This document shows positions 11,431-25,629 of a DNA stretch of 64,000 nucleotides, piece by piece. Made by a program: the position numbers and the translations under genes. The notes under the pieces were generated by a model. The model was not told where the DNA came from, ran no database searches, and saw nothing but the letters and a program-made list of their open reading frames with translations. Each line of letters starts with the position of its first letter. Position 1 is the first letter of the stretch. The stretch spans positions 12,958,001 through 13,022,000 of the forward strand of contig OZ024763.1 in the NCBI GenBank assembly GCA_964016885.1, given 5' to 3'. This DNA comes from Eledone cirrhosa. Lineage: Eukaryota.

Positions 11431-11620
11431 CACACAGGATTTTAACATGCGGTGTTGGTTGACTCAACAAGATGTTTACTTAGTTGTGGTGTTCGAAGAG
11501 TCGATTTCGGACAGTTCCAAGGTAATCAGTTCCTGCAGTATTAATAACGAATGAATGAAGATTAAAATGAATAAGCTAACCCTATTGTATAGCTTATCCG
11601 TGTTAATCTTCATTCATTTG

Positions 11621-11651
<31 letters not shown>

Positions 11652-11685
11652 CATATATCTTCATTCATTTGATATATATATATTT

Positions 11686-11717
<32 letters not shown>

Positions 11718-11777
11718 CTTCATTCATTCGATATATATATATATTTATACATATATATATATTTATACATATATATT

Positions 11778-11809
<32 letters not shown>

Positions 11810-11865
11810 TATTTATATATATATATATATACATATATATTTATATATATATATACATATATATT

Positions 11866-11897
<32 letters not shown>

Positions 11898-12019
11898 CAT
11901 ATATATTTATATATATATATATATACATATATATTTATATATATATTTATACATATATATATACATTTATACATATATACATATATATATATTTATACAC
12001 ATATATATTTATACATATA

Positions 12020-12636
12020 CGTTGGTAGGGTCACGTGATGTGCATGAAAGACGACAGCTGTATAAAAAAGTGCAGGGCGATCAAAATAGACGGTAGCTAC
12101 GGAGTAGGCAGACCCAGAAAAACCTGGGACGACTTGATAAATTCCGACCTCACACACTTACACCTCTCCAAGACATTGTCACTGGACCGAGATCTTTGGT
12201 GCTACGAAGTAATACAGAAGACCCGCCTTGCCTGAGTACAAAGCAAAAACTACAGTCAGTAGGCACCTCTTAACCAAAATACACCCCCGTCCCACTACCC
12301 CTACCCCCACTGCCATCTACACCACCCCTTTCGATGTAAAGTTATGTTGGTACCACAACATGCAGTTCTAAATAAATGAGGTTGTGTAGGTGCCACGACA
12401 AAAAAACACACAGTCCACACTATAATGTGGCCGTGTAGGTAGCATGGTAAAAACCTCCCAGTCCACACTGTAAACATGGTTGGTGTTGGGAAGGGCATCC
12501 AGCCGTAGAGAACCCGCCAGACAGTCCTGAGCAAGACAACCAATCTTGCCTCAAGTGGGACAATTCCCGTCCAGACCCATGCTAGCGTGGAAAATGGACG
12601 TTAAACGATGATGATGATGATGATGATGATGATGAT
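12020..12636 (+). mobile_element. RTE 3' fragment joined to spacer and RTE-type tail (composite family)
   Basis: [17 protein letters not shown]...GRPRKTWDD...DRDLW; ends gctagcgtggaaaatggacgttaaac(gat)n. Confidence 0.8.
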
Positions 12637-12842
12637 ATATACACAATATGATGAGCTGCAACATAGTTTCCATCCACTAAATGTTTGCACATAAAGGATT
12701 GGTCAATCAAACCATGTCTGCAGTAGAAAATACTTTCCTGTAGGTACCACACAACACAACTAAATTCAAAACAACAATGTTTGTAAAGTGAACTCTTTAA
12801 CAACATAGTTATGTCTACACTTGATTCTTTTTTTTTTTTCAG

Positions 12843-12904
12843 CACAGATGCAACCCTAACAGGTCCTTACGTGCTTCTATTTCACATCTGGAAACAAGCT
12901 GCAG
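12843..12904 (+). other. Candidate plus-strand exon
   Basis: poly-T-cag acceptor and CAG|gtaatg donor; alternative acceptor gives 57 nt reading (D)ATLTGPYVLLFHIWKQAA. Confidence 0.25.
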
Positions 12905-14531
12905 GTAATGTTTCTAAGGACTAAGATTAAAAAGTACTGAACTACCTGAGTAATATGATACAAAACTATTTATTGTAACAATTTAACATGCAATCCGGTC
13001 ATATCCAGCCAGAATTCTCTCATCTCATTCTGCTCAAACTGGCCATAACCAGCTGCTCATACTGCTCAACAATTAAGGTATTGTTTTCAAAATAAATAAT
13101 ATCAAAATCTCATAGATTCAATACTATGTGAGATAATTGTGTGAAATAAAGTATTTACCATGAAAATATAATAGTATATATAGAGTAAATTATAAAGGGT
13201 TAAAGTATTTATATTTATCTAAAAAAAACATCCATCATAATTTTATGCAAGAACCTTTGTTAAGTTATGTTCCAAACACCAGCTTTATAATGAGAAAATT
13301 AATTATATTACTAAATCCCTCAAAATTCTTGATTATTTTCAGAATTATTTGAAAACCATAGACAGACTTTCATTAGAAATATAGTAGTGAAAGTGTTAAT
13401 CCTTGAGATCAAGACATATGATAAATATATACTATATGTAATATACATCAATATATATAATATATATATATTATATGTATATATAATATACATCAATATA
13501 TAATATATATATATATGTATATGTAATATACATCAATATATATAATATATATATATACTATATGTATATGTAATATACATCAATATATATAATATATATA
13601 TATACTATATGTATAAGTAATATACATCAATATATATAATATATATATATTATATGTATATGTAATATACATCAATATATATAATATATATATATTATAT
13701 GTATATGTAATATACATCAATATATATATTATATGTATATGTAATATACATGAATATATATAATATATATATACTATATGTATATGTAATATACATCAAT
13801 ATATATAATATATATATATACTATATGTATATGTAATATATATCAATATATATAATATATATATATACTATACATATATGTAATATATACACCACACACA
13901 TATATATATATATATATATAGCCAGAATCAATTCCCGTATCAGCAAGACAAGGTCAGCCAACCGGACACTGCCCACAACAGGACAGCCCGTCTAACCCAT
14001 GCTAGCGTGGAAGAACGGACGTAAAACAGTGATAATGATGATGATGATGATGATATAAGGGTTAATTCTTGAGACCAATATACTAGACCACCTGTGACCC
14101 TTTGGGTCACATTCACTTCAAAATATTAAAAAAAAATCATGTTCACTTAAAAATAATTTCTAAATAATTAAAATATACACAGACATTTATATAATTGTTT
14201 CTACGTTAGGCACAAGGCCAACAATTACCCCAGTGCATTACTGGTACTTTATTTTATCGACCCCATATGGATGAAAGGCAAAGTTTAACCTCGGCAGGAA
14301 TTGAACTCAGACTGTAAAGTGCCATAACTCTATGCGGCAATGCATATGGCGTCTTACCCTCTACCGATACTGCCAATTCACCACCCCAAAGTTAACCTCG
14401 GCGGGATTTGAACTCAGATCATAAAGAGCCGTAACTCTATGCTACAATGCATGGCGTCCGACCCTCTACTGATTCTGCCAATTGTATATCTTCGAAATAT
14501 GTATAATAAAATAAATTGGGATGGTCTAAAG

Positions 14532-16287
14532 CAGGCACGTGCAACAGGCGGCTTGCAGGCCACAATCCGGCCTGCCAGACCAGTCAGAGTGGCCTGCAAT
14601 GTCTGTTTTTAATTTTTACCTTGTAGGTTTATTTAGAATTTTTTTTCGTAATACAATTTTCTGTTAGTTGACCTATAATAAAGGGCTTCACTGATAGGGT
14701 TGTGTGTGTTATAATTTCCCAGTTGACCTATAGTAAAGGGCTTCACTGATAGGGTTATGTGTGTTATAGTTTCCCAGTTGACCTATACTAAAGGGCTTCA
14801 CTGATAGGGTTGTGTGTGTTATAATTTCCCAGTTGACCTATAGTAAAGGGCTTCACTTATAGGGTTATGTGCGTTATAATTTCCCAGTTGACCTATAGTA
14901 AAGGGCTTCACTGATAGGGTTATGTGTATTATAATTTCCCAGTTGACCTATACTAAAGGGCTTCACTGATAGGGTTATGTGTGTTATAAATTCCCAGTTG
15001 ACCTATACTAAAGGGCTTCACTGATAGGGTTATGTGTGTTATAATTTCCCAGTTGACCTATACTAAAGGGCTTCACTGATAGGGTTATGTGTGTTATAAT
15101 TTCCCAGTTGACCTATACTAAAGGGCTTCACTGATAGGGTTATGTGTGTTATAATTTCCCAGTTGACCTATAGTAAAGGGCTTCACTGATAGGGTTGTGT
15201 GTGTTATAATTTCCCAGTTGACCTATACTAAAGGGCTTCACTGATAGGGTTATATGTTATAATTTCACAGTTGACCTATACTAAAGGGCTTCACTGACAG
15301 GGTTAGGGTTATGTGTGTTATAATTTCCCAGTTGACCTATACTAAAGGGCTTCACTGATAGGGTTATGTGTATTATAATTTCCCAGTTGACCTATACTAA
15401 AGGGCTTCACTGATAGGGTTGTGTGTGTTATAATTTCCCAGTTGACCTATACTAAAGGGCTTCACTGATAGGGTTATGTGTATTATAATTTCCCAGTTGA
15501 CCTATACTAAAGGGCTTCACTGATAGGGTTATGTGTGTTATAATTTCCCAGTTGACCTATACTAAAGGGCTTCACTGACAGGGTTAGGGTTATGTGTGTT
15601 ATAATTTCCCAGTTGACCTATACTAAAGGGCTTTACTGATAGGGTTAAGTGTGTTATAATTTCCCAGTTGACCTATAGTAAAGGGCTTCACTGATAGGGT
15701 TGTGTGTGTTAGAATTTCCCAGTTGACCTATACTAAAGGGCTTCACTGATAGGGTTATGTGTGTTAGAATTTCCCAGTTGACCTATACTAAAGGGCTTCA
15801 CTGATAGGGTTATGTGTGTTATAATTTCCCAGTTGACCTATAGTAAAGGGCTTCACTGATAGGGTTATGTGTGTTATAATTTCCCAGTTGACCTATACTA
15901 AAGGGCTTCACTGATAGGGTTATGTGTCTTATAATTTCCTAGTTGACCTATACTAAAGGGCTTCACTGATAGGGTTATGTGTGTTATAATTTCCCAGTTG
16001 GACTATACTAAAGGGCTTCACTGATAGGGTTATGTGTGTTATAATTTCCCAGTTGACCTATACTAAAGGGCTTCACTGACAGGGTTAGGGTTATGTGTGT
16101 TATAATTTCGCAGTTGACCTATACTAAAGGGCTTTACTGATAGGGTTATGTGAGTTATAATTTCCCAGTTCCATGTTATGGAAAGAAGTTGTGGTAAATT
16201 TTTGGAATAGTGCTTAATAAATATTAATGGCCCTAATAGTTGTTCCAGTGTTCAACAGTAGCCAATGGAATATGTTGCTCACTCATG
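14532..16287. mobile_element. Non-autonomous hAT-Charlie-like transposon with exact 8-bp TSD, carrying a satellite
   Basis: GTCTAAAG at 14524-14531 and 16288-16295 (fits Charlie NTCTARAN); degenerate TIRs CAGGCACGTGCAAC / GTTGCTCACTCATG. Confidence 0.8.
14666..16170. repeat. 55-bp minisatellite, ~27 copies
   Basis: Unit agttgacctatactaaagggcttcactgatagggttatgtgtgttataatttccc. Confidence 0.97.
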
Positions 16288-16318
16288 GTCTAAAGTAACT
16301 AACTGTCTTTCTTTTATT

Positions 16319-16510
16319 ATGGTGGATTGGCAGTATCGGTAGAGGGTCGGACGCCATGCTTTGAAGCATAGAGTTACGGTCCTTGCCATTCTGAGTCAAA
16401 TCCCGCCGAGGTTAACTTTGCCTTTCATCCTTACGGGGTCGATAAAATAAAGTACCAGTAATGTACTGGGTAATTGCTGGCCTTGTGCCAAAAGTAGAAA
16501 CAATTATTAT
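16319..16510 (+). mobile_element. tRNA-derived SINE family B (MetaSINE-like central domain)
   Basis: A/B-box-like head, gcctttcatccttacggggtcgataaaataaagtaccag domain, aattatt tail; many copies in window. Confidence 0.85.
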
Positions 16511-16610
16511 CATATTAAAACTCTGGTTAAACATATATCGTTGAGTGGTTGTAATCTGTTATATATAAGTCAGCTGATTCTTTTTCATTGAACAAACATA
16601 CATATATATA

Positions 16611-16693
<83 letters not shown>

Positions 16694-16710
16694 AAATATA
16701 TATATATATA

Positions 16711-16756
<46 letters not shown>

Positions 16757-16811
16757 AATATATATATATATACAAATATATATATAGATATACAAATATA
16801 TATATAGATAT

Positions 16812-16842
<31 letters not shown>

Positions 16843-17419
16843 CAAATATATATATAGATATATATATACAAATATATATATAGATATACAAATATATATA
16901 TAGATATACAAATATATATATAGATATACAAATATATATATATAGATATACAAATATATATATAGATATACAAATATATATATATATATACAAATATATA
17001 TATATAGATATACAAATATATATATATAGATATACAAATATATATATATAGATATACAAATATATATATAGATATACAAATATATATATAGATATACAAA
17101 TATATATATAGATATACAAATATATATATAGATATACAAATATATATATAGATATACAAATATATATATAGATATACAAATATATATATAGATATACAAA
17201 TATATATATAGATATACAAATATATATATAGATATACAAATATATATATAGATATACAAATATATATATAGATATACAAATATATATATAGATATACAAA
17301 TATATATATATATATACAAATATATATATAGATATACAAATATATATATAGATATACAAATATATATATAGATATACAAATATATATATATATATACAAA
17401 TACAAATATATATATATAT

Positions 17420-17456
<37 letters not shown>

Positions 17457-17496
17457 CAAATATATATATACATACACATATATATATACATACAAA

Positions 17497-17527
<31 letters not shown>

Positions 17528-17706
17528 TACATTGTAAAATAGTAAAATGAGTGGTATGTGACTTTGTGACTTATCTACGTCGCTCCCAATATATGAACAT
17601 ATAACATATAATATATAATAAATAACAACAACAACAACAACAATAATAATAATAATATTAATAACAATAATATTAATAACAACCACAATGCAGCTCGTTA
17701 CATAAC

Positions 17707-17852
17707 CTATACTGAAGGTCATTGGCTGTTGCTGCTGGGTGTGTTGTTGGTGGGGGTTGAGGGGGGGGGGGGCAACATATGGAGCAGCCCGTGATGGGGG
17801 AGTGGGGGGATATGTACCGTAAGCTCCAATCATACAAGGAACAGGAAGAGAG
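17707..17852 (-). CDS. Candidate internal coding exon, Pro/Tyr/Gln-rich (phase 2 to 1)
   Basis: ctatag| ...[48 protein letters not shown]... AG|gttatg; GC-rich unique island; splice sites moderate. Confidence 0.45.
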
Positions 17853-18160
17853 CTATAGTTTTTCACGAGAAACAATTAAAAGTCAGTTAGAGGAACACCA
17901 GAAATAATTCTCAAAGCCAAATAAAGATGTTTTTACATCATTATATTCGTTTTAATGTTTTTTTAATGTTTTTTATCTGATTTTCTTGTTGCTGTTGTAT
18001 TGTATTTTTTGAAATCTAATCCTCATTAATCTACATTCTTCATTTCACACGCTTAACTCTCTGTCTCGCTCTCTCTCTCTCTCTCTCTATACACATATAT
18101 ATATATATATATATATATTCAAATATAAGTATTAATAAAATGGATGTTCTTTTGATCAAT

Positions 18161-18219
18161 TACATTTTATTATACATATTTCGGATGTACAACAGTACGT
18201 CCTCATCAGACAAAATATA
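18161..18219 (-). ncRNA. Type I hammerhead ribozyme motif (best-formed copy)
   Basis: Minus strand: UAUAUUUUGU-CUGAUGA-GGACGUAC-UGUU-GUACAUCC-GAAA-UAUGU-AUA^AUAAAAUGUA; 10-bp stem I (2 G-U), 8-bp stem II (1 mismatch). Confidence 0.8.
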
Positions 18220-18307
18220 ATGATACATGACATACCCTGAGATGTTAAATGGTTAAGATTTAATCATTCTTTGACATAATCATCGAATATTGTTTAACAA
18301 CTTAATA

Positions 18308-18359
<52 letters not shown>

Positions 18360-18386
18360 CACATATATATATATATACACGCATCC

Positions 18387-18466
<80 letters not shown>

Positions 18467-18591
18467 GGACAGAGGGGCCTCTGTCCACTTTATTCTGTCT
18501 CCAGGGATATTTTATCCAAACTTCTTGACTATTATTTATAGATATCAACTATTGTTATAGTTATTTACATAGGGATGACTACAGTTCTAAA

Positions 18592-18625
<34 letters not shown>

Positions 18626-19998
18626 TCCAGTTAATTTTACATTTTTCAGTTAATTTTCAGCATCTTTTAAAAAGTCTGTTCTGTTTAATTTAGTCAATTC
18701 TTTACATCTTTTCCAATAAAAAATGAGTCTTTATAGTCAATTTCCAATTTTTCAGTCAATTTCTTATTTTATTTTTATATCCATTCCCTCTAACAGTCAA
18801 TATTTAGTCTTCTGTCAATTTTTGCAGTCAAATCTTGGTTTTCTATAGTCAATATTTGGTCTTTTTCAGTCAAATTTAGTCTTCTCAGCCAATTTTTAGT
18901 CTTCTATAGTCAATATTTGGTCTTTTTCAGTCAAATTTAGTCTTCTCAGCCAATTTTTAGTCTTCTATAGTCAATATTTGGTCTTTTTCAGTCAAATTTA
19001 GTCTTCTCAGCCAATTTTTAGACTTCTTCAGTCAAATTTAGTCTCCTCAGCCAATGTTTAGTCTTCTTCAGTCAAATTTAATCTTCTTGGCCAACTTTCA
19101 TTCAATTTCCAGGCAATTTTCATCTTTTGTTAGTTTCATAATCTAATAACCTCTCAGTCTTCTTTAATCACTTTTTAATTTAATTCAGTCAATTTTTCAA
19201 TCAATGTTTAATCTCCTTACTCAATTAGTAAGACCTAACTTTCTATGACTGCTTCAGTAAATTATTTTACTGCCATCCTCAATGAATTCCTGATTTCTCC
19301 AATAATTTCTAGCCAGAAACGTTTTTTCCACCCACATTTAAACAAATCTCTGTTTTCAGTTCCATATAAGCCTTTCATTACCATATTTCTGATAATTTTA
19401 ACAAAGGTTCTTCATTAAAATTATGATGAGAGGCTTTTAGATAAATATAAATATATAAACCCTTTCACTACCATATTTCTAATGAAAGACATTGCTTATG
19501 AAGTTTCAAATAACTTTGAAAATCATGAATTTGAAAGCATTTAATAATATAACTAACTTTCTAATTATCTAGCTGGTGTTTGGAACATAACTTAACAAAG
19601 GTTCTTACACGAAATTATGACAGGAGGCTTTTAGATAAATATAAATATATAAACCCTTTCATTACCATATTCCTGTGATTTCTCCAGTAATTTTGAGAAT
19701 AATCCAGAATTTGAAGGGATTAAGTAATATAACTAACGTTCTCACTATTAAGATGGTGATAAAATAAAGTACCAGTAATGCACTGGGTATTTGCTGGCCT
19801 TGTGCCTAAAGTAGAAACAATTATTAAGATGGTATATGGAATGTAACAAAGGTTCTTACATAGAATTTTGATGGAAGGTTTTTAGATATATGAATATATT
19901 GGCAGTATAAATATATATACTTTAAAAAGGTTTTGCATTGTAGAATCAGGGTGATTACCAGATGGACATTGCCAAAATGATTAACCAATTCTATATAT

Positions 19999-20394
19999 GG
20001 AGGCACATGGCTTAGTGGTTAGAGCATTGGCCTTGCAATCGAAAGGTTGTGAGTTCAATTCTCAGACTGGGTGATGTGTTGTTTCCTTGAGCAAGACACT
20101 TTATTTCACATTGCTCCAGTTTACTCAGCTGTAGAAATGAGATGATAGGGACTGGGGTCCCTATCATTCCACTGCAAAGTGGTCGTGAAGGTGCCACGGC
20201 AAAAAAGCCCCCAGCCCCCACTGCAAAGTGGTCGTGAAGGTGCCACGGCAAAAAAGCACCCAGCACTCACTGTAAATGAGGTTGGTGTTAGGAAGGGCAT
20301 CCAGCTGTAGAAATCAAGCCAGCATCAGTTCCCGTCCCACCCTTGCAAGCAGGGAAAAAGTGGACGTAAAATGAATGATGATGATGAATGATGA
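19999..20394 (+). mobile_element. SINE family A copy with internal duplication
   Basis: Same head and tail as 1179-1529; ccactgcaaagtggtcgtgaaggtgccacggcaaaaaagc duplicated. Confidence 0.9.
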
Positions 20395-20586
20395 TATATG
20401 TCTGTTGAACTAGTTTGTTTTGGACATTTTCTGGCCATTTCTATCCAGTTTTGGCAAGTCTATTTAGCCATATCCACCAGAACAAATTCTATTTAATTCA
20501 GCCAGTTTCTGTCTTGTTTTACCAATTCAATATGGCTATTTTTTGTCCAGTTTCATCTGCCATAGTCAGCCATTTTCCACTCTGTT

Positions 20587-21120
20587 TAACCCTTTACCAT
20601 TTACATTACTCTATATGAACTATTGTATTTTCACGGTAAAGGCTTTATCTTACATAATTATCTCACATAATATCAAATCTATGAGATTTTGATGTTATTT
20701 ATTTTGAGAACAATACCTTAACCCTTTAGCATTTACATTACGCTATATTTACAATTATATTTTCACGCTAAAGGCTTTATCACACATAATATTGAACCTA
20801 TGAGATTTTGATGTTATTTATTTTGAGAACAATACCTTAACATCAGTATGAGCAACCGGTTACGGCCAGTTTGAACAGAAAGAGGTGAGAGAGTTCAGGC
20901 TGGATACGGCCAGTTTAAATGTTAAAGAGTTAATGTAGGTATGAGCAGCCAGTTCTAGCCGGTTTTGAACAGAAAGAGGTGAGAGAGTTCAGGCTGGATA
21001 TGGCCGGTTTAAATGTTAAAGAGTTAATGTAGGTATGAGCAGCCAGTTCTAGCCGGTTTTGAACAGAAAGAGGTGAGAGAGTTCAGGCTGGATATGGCCG
21101 GTTTAAATGTTAAAGGGTAA
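20587..21120 (+). mobile_element. piggyBac-like MITE family 1 with duplicated 5' and triplicated 3' parts
   Basis: ttaacccttt starts at ~20587 and ~20718; 3' segment ...ggccggtttaaatgttaaag present three times. Confidence 0.75.
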
Positions 21121-21487
21121 CCAATTCTATTCAGTCTTCTTCAATGATTTATTTAAGGTTTTTTTCATTGAACTTTCACCCCCAAGTCACATTCTTTAGG
21201 AACGTTTTATAAAAATTATTTTAACCAAGTCTTTGTACTCAGGAACAATCCTTTCCCAGACATTTTTTCCCATCTCAAATCAAGTCAATCTTCTTCTGAC
21301 ATAAACAATGGATCAAGATCATAACAAACAAAAGCCCCGCCAAAATAAAATAAAATAAAATAAAATGAAAATACCATTAACCCCGTCTTCCCCCTCCACC
21401 AAAATCTGTTGAAACTCAAAACTGTGTTAGTGAAAGAAATATTACTACAAAATAGAAAAATATAAAAAAAAAATATATGTATGTGTA

Positions 21488-21533
<46 letters not shown>

Positions 21534-21659
21534 TAATCAAATTTTTTTTTCACTGAATATATATATATTAGGAAATATTTTTTTCGTTCTTTTTTTTTAC
21601 TTTTCACTGAATATATATATATCAAATTTTTTTTTTCACTGTATATATATATTTCACTG

Positions 21660-21697
<38 letters not shown>

Positions 21698-22031
21698 CAA
21701 ATATATATATTTTTTTTCAGAGCATACTCACGTAATACAATAAAGATATGTAAAATAATCACTTTAACCAAGAATTAAGGGTAAAATCCTGTATGTTGAT
21801 CCCTTATTGTTTTTTTTTTTTGAAAAGACCAAAGGTTGTTGGTATATTATGGGTATGTGGTGATATATATATATATATATGTATGTATAGATGTATGTAT
21901 ATGTAAATATATATATATATATATATATGTATAGATGTATGTATAAATGTATGTATAAAGTGAATCAAGGTGATGTATAAGTGTCTGGGTGTTACTTCAG
22001 AATGGACTAAGGCAGAGACAAAGACAGAGGT

Positions 22032-22083
<52 letters not shown>

Positions 22084-23317
22084 TGTGATTGTATATATGT
22101 GTGTATATATGTATATATGTGTGTATATGTGTGTATATATGTGTATGTGCTTGTGAATAAAGTGACAGAAAGTGATGTACAATATATAGACGGTTGGGGA
22201 GGGGGGTATGTCGATAAGTGGTGGGGATATGCAGCAGAGGGGTGGGGTGGGGGTGGGGTGGAGATAGTAAGTTGATATCAGGATATCAAAAAATATCTGG
22301 TGGGGACACTAGGAAATATATGAAGTGCCGGTGAGGGAGGAGGTGTTTATATATATATGGGTGTGTGATATGTATATATATATGTGTGATATGTATGTAT
22401 ATATATGTATATGATATATGTGTATGTATATATATATATGTGTGTGTGTGATATGTATGTGTGATATGTGTGAATTTATGTATATATGTATATGTATATG
22501 TATATATGTGTGTATGTGTGATATGTATGTGTATATATATATATATATATGATATGTATGTATATATATGTATATGATATATGTGTATGTATATATATAT
22601 ATATATATCTGTGTGTGTGATATGTATGTATATATATATGTGTGTGTGTGATATGTATGTGTATATATATATATATATATGATATGTATGTATGTATATA
22701 TATGATATATGTGTATGTATATATATATATATCTGTGTGTGTGATATGTATGTATATATATATGTGTGTGTGTGATATGTATGTGTATATATATATATAT
22801 ATATATGATATGTATGTATGTATATATATGTATATGATATATGTGTATGTATATATATATATATCTGTGTGTGTGATATGTATGTATATATATATGTGTG
22901 TGTGTGATATGTATGTGTATATATATATATATATGATATGTATCTATGTATATATATGTATATGATATATGTGTATGTATATATATATATATCTGTGTGT
23001 GTGATATGTATATATATATGTGATATGTGTGTGTGATATGTTTGTGTGTATATATATATATGTGATATGTGTGAATGTATGTATATATATGTATATGATA
23101 TATGTGTATATATATGTGTGTGTGTGATATGTATGTGTATATATATATATATATGTGATATGTGTGAATGTATGTATATATATATATATGTATATGATAT
23201 ATGTGTATATATATATGTGTGTGTGTGTGATATGTATGTGTATATATATATATATGTGTGCGTGTATGAAGGTATGGGATTTCAGACTCTCTTAAAATGT
23301 TATGCCTGATAGAGATA

Positions 23318-23383
<66 letters not shown>

Positions 23384-24683
23384 TAGTGAAACTGAAGGAC
23401 AACAACAACAACAATAACAACAACAGCAAGGTGTTAAGTGATAACAATCGCTAAAGGATGAGTGGATAGGGCGGCTTGACAGTTGTATAGTGTAATATAG
23501 TATGTGGTGGTGTAGTGGTGTTGTAGTGTGGTGTGGTGTTGTAGTGTGGTGTGGTAGTGTGGTGTGGTGGTATAATGTTATATAGTATAGTACGGTGTGG
23601 TGGTATTATGTTATATAGTATAGTGTGGTGTGGTGTAGTATAGTATAGTAAGTGTGGTGTGGTGTAGTATAGTATAGTAAGTGTGGTGTGGTGTAGTATA
23701 GTACAGTGTGGTGTGGTGTAGTATAGTATAGTAAGTGTGGTGTGGTGTAGTATAGTACAGTGTGGTGTGGTGGTATAATGTTATATAGTATAGTACAGTG
23801 TGGTGTAGTATAGTATAGTAAGTGTGGTGTGGTGTAGTCTAGTACAGTGTGGTGTGGTGTAGTATAGTATAGTAAGTCTGGTGGTGTGGTGTAATGTTAT
23901 ATAGTATAGTACAGTGTGGTGTGGTGGTATAATGTTATATAGTATAGTATAGTACAGTGTGTGGTGAGGTGTAATGTTATAGTATAGTACAGTGTGGTGG
24001 TGAGGTGTAATGTTATAGTATAGTACAGTGTGTGGTGAGGTGTAATGTTATAGTATAGTACAGTGTGTGGTGAGGTGTAATGTTATAGTATAGTACAGTG
24101 TGGTGGTGAGGTGTAATGTTATAGTATAGTACAGTGTGTGGTGAGGTGTAATGTTATAGTATAGTACAGTGTGGTGGTGAGGTGTAATGTTATAGTATAG
24201 TACAGTGTGTGGTGAGGTGTAATGTTTGTTCTGGCAAAAGTTGTTGAAACTATCGTGGCAGAGAAGAAGAAGAAGCAGAAGAAAAGGACGACAACGATAA
24301 AAGAAAAAGATGAAGACGATAATGAAGACGATAATGAAGATGGTAATGAAGACGATAAAAGAATCTGTAGAAGACGAAGAAAATGACAAGACGAAAGAAT
24401 ATGGAGACGAACCTGAGAGAGAAACGGTTCAAAATGAGGAACTAAAGACAAATGGTTGGTTTCTTTTGTTGAAGAGAGAGGAACACCTCAACTATTTCTC
24501 TTTTAATTCTTTTTGATACTTTTTTTTGGATTCTTTTTATATTTTATTTTACCTGCTTTTTGTTTTTTTGTGTATGTTTGTATATATATATATATATGTG
24601 TGTATATATATATGTATATGTGTGTGTGTGTTTTATTTTTAGACTTTTTTTTACATCTTTATTCATTTGCATGTTTATTTTGT

Positions 24684-24716
<33 letters not shown>

Positions 24717-25278
24717 TGTTGTTGCTGTTGTTGTTTTGCAATTCTTCAGTTCCTACTGTCTGAGATTTACCATTATTTTATTATTTTATTTTATTTTATT
24801 TTATTATTATTATTTTCTTTTGTTATTTATGTTCCTTGTTTAAATATTGTTATTGTTGCTATTGTTGTTGTTGTTGTTGTTGCAGCTTTGCTTTGCTTTT
24901 CTTTTGTTTTGTCTTTTTTCCTTTCTGCTTCGTTTTGTTTTTGAATGAACGTGTGTGCATGTGCATCTGTGCATGTATGTATGTATGTGTGTGTGTGTGC
25001 CTGTGTGTCTGTATGTAGGTATGTATGTATACATGTATGTGTGTGTGTGTACGTGTGCGTATGTGTGTATGTATGTGTGTGTATGTATGTATACATATGT
25101 GTGCGTATGCATACATACACACACACATATATATATATATACAAACACACACACACACACACATATACATACATACGCACACATGTGTATCTGTGTAGGT
25201 ATGTGTGTATCTGTGTGGGTGTGTCTATATATATATATATAAGTGTGTGGGTGCATGTGAATATATATATATATATAT

Positions 25279-25319
<41 letters not shown>

Positions 25320-25477
25320 TATAGATACATACGTGTGTGTATTTGGGCGTGTAGCTATATATGTATGCGCGTGTCAGAAAACGAAACTTAACCGTGCATG
25401 TGCACATGTATAAGTACATTAATATATATATATATGTATATATATGTATGTATGTATGTGTCAGAACACTTAACACA

Positions 25478-25512
<35 letters not shown>

Positions 25513-25605
25513 CCAGTAATTACTACTCACTACAACAACAACAACAACAAGAAGACCTATCCAGGAAACTGCAATACTTTCTTCCTACTTACAAACCTAT
25601 CATAC

Positions 25606-25623
25606 CTTCAAAGACTCCACCCC
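25606..25623 (-). CDS. Candidate 18-nt microexon (GGVFE, phase 1 to 1); alternative donor gives 31 nt
   Basis: gtgtgtttctag|GGGGTGGAGTCTTTGAAG|gtatga; second donor gtaagt 13 nt downstream. Confidence 0.3.
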
Positions 25624-25629
25624 CTAGAA

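Noticed and set aside
14666-16170. CRISPR-like appearance of regular arrays (also 40725-41510, 48585-49060)
   Set aside because: Units are contiguous with no unique spacers, there are no cas genes, and the context is eukaryotic
24240-24415. Minus-strand acceptor ctctctcag with hydrophobic ORFs
   Set aside because: Low-complexity GAA/GAT sequence and no donor found
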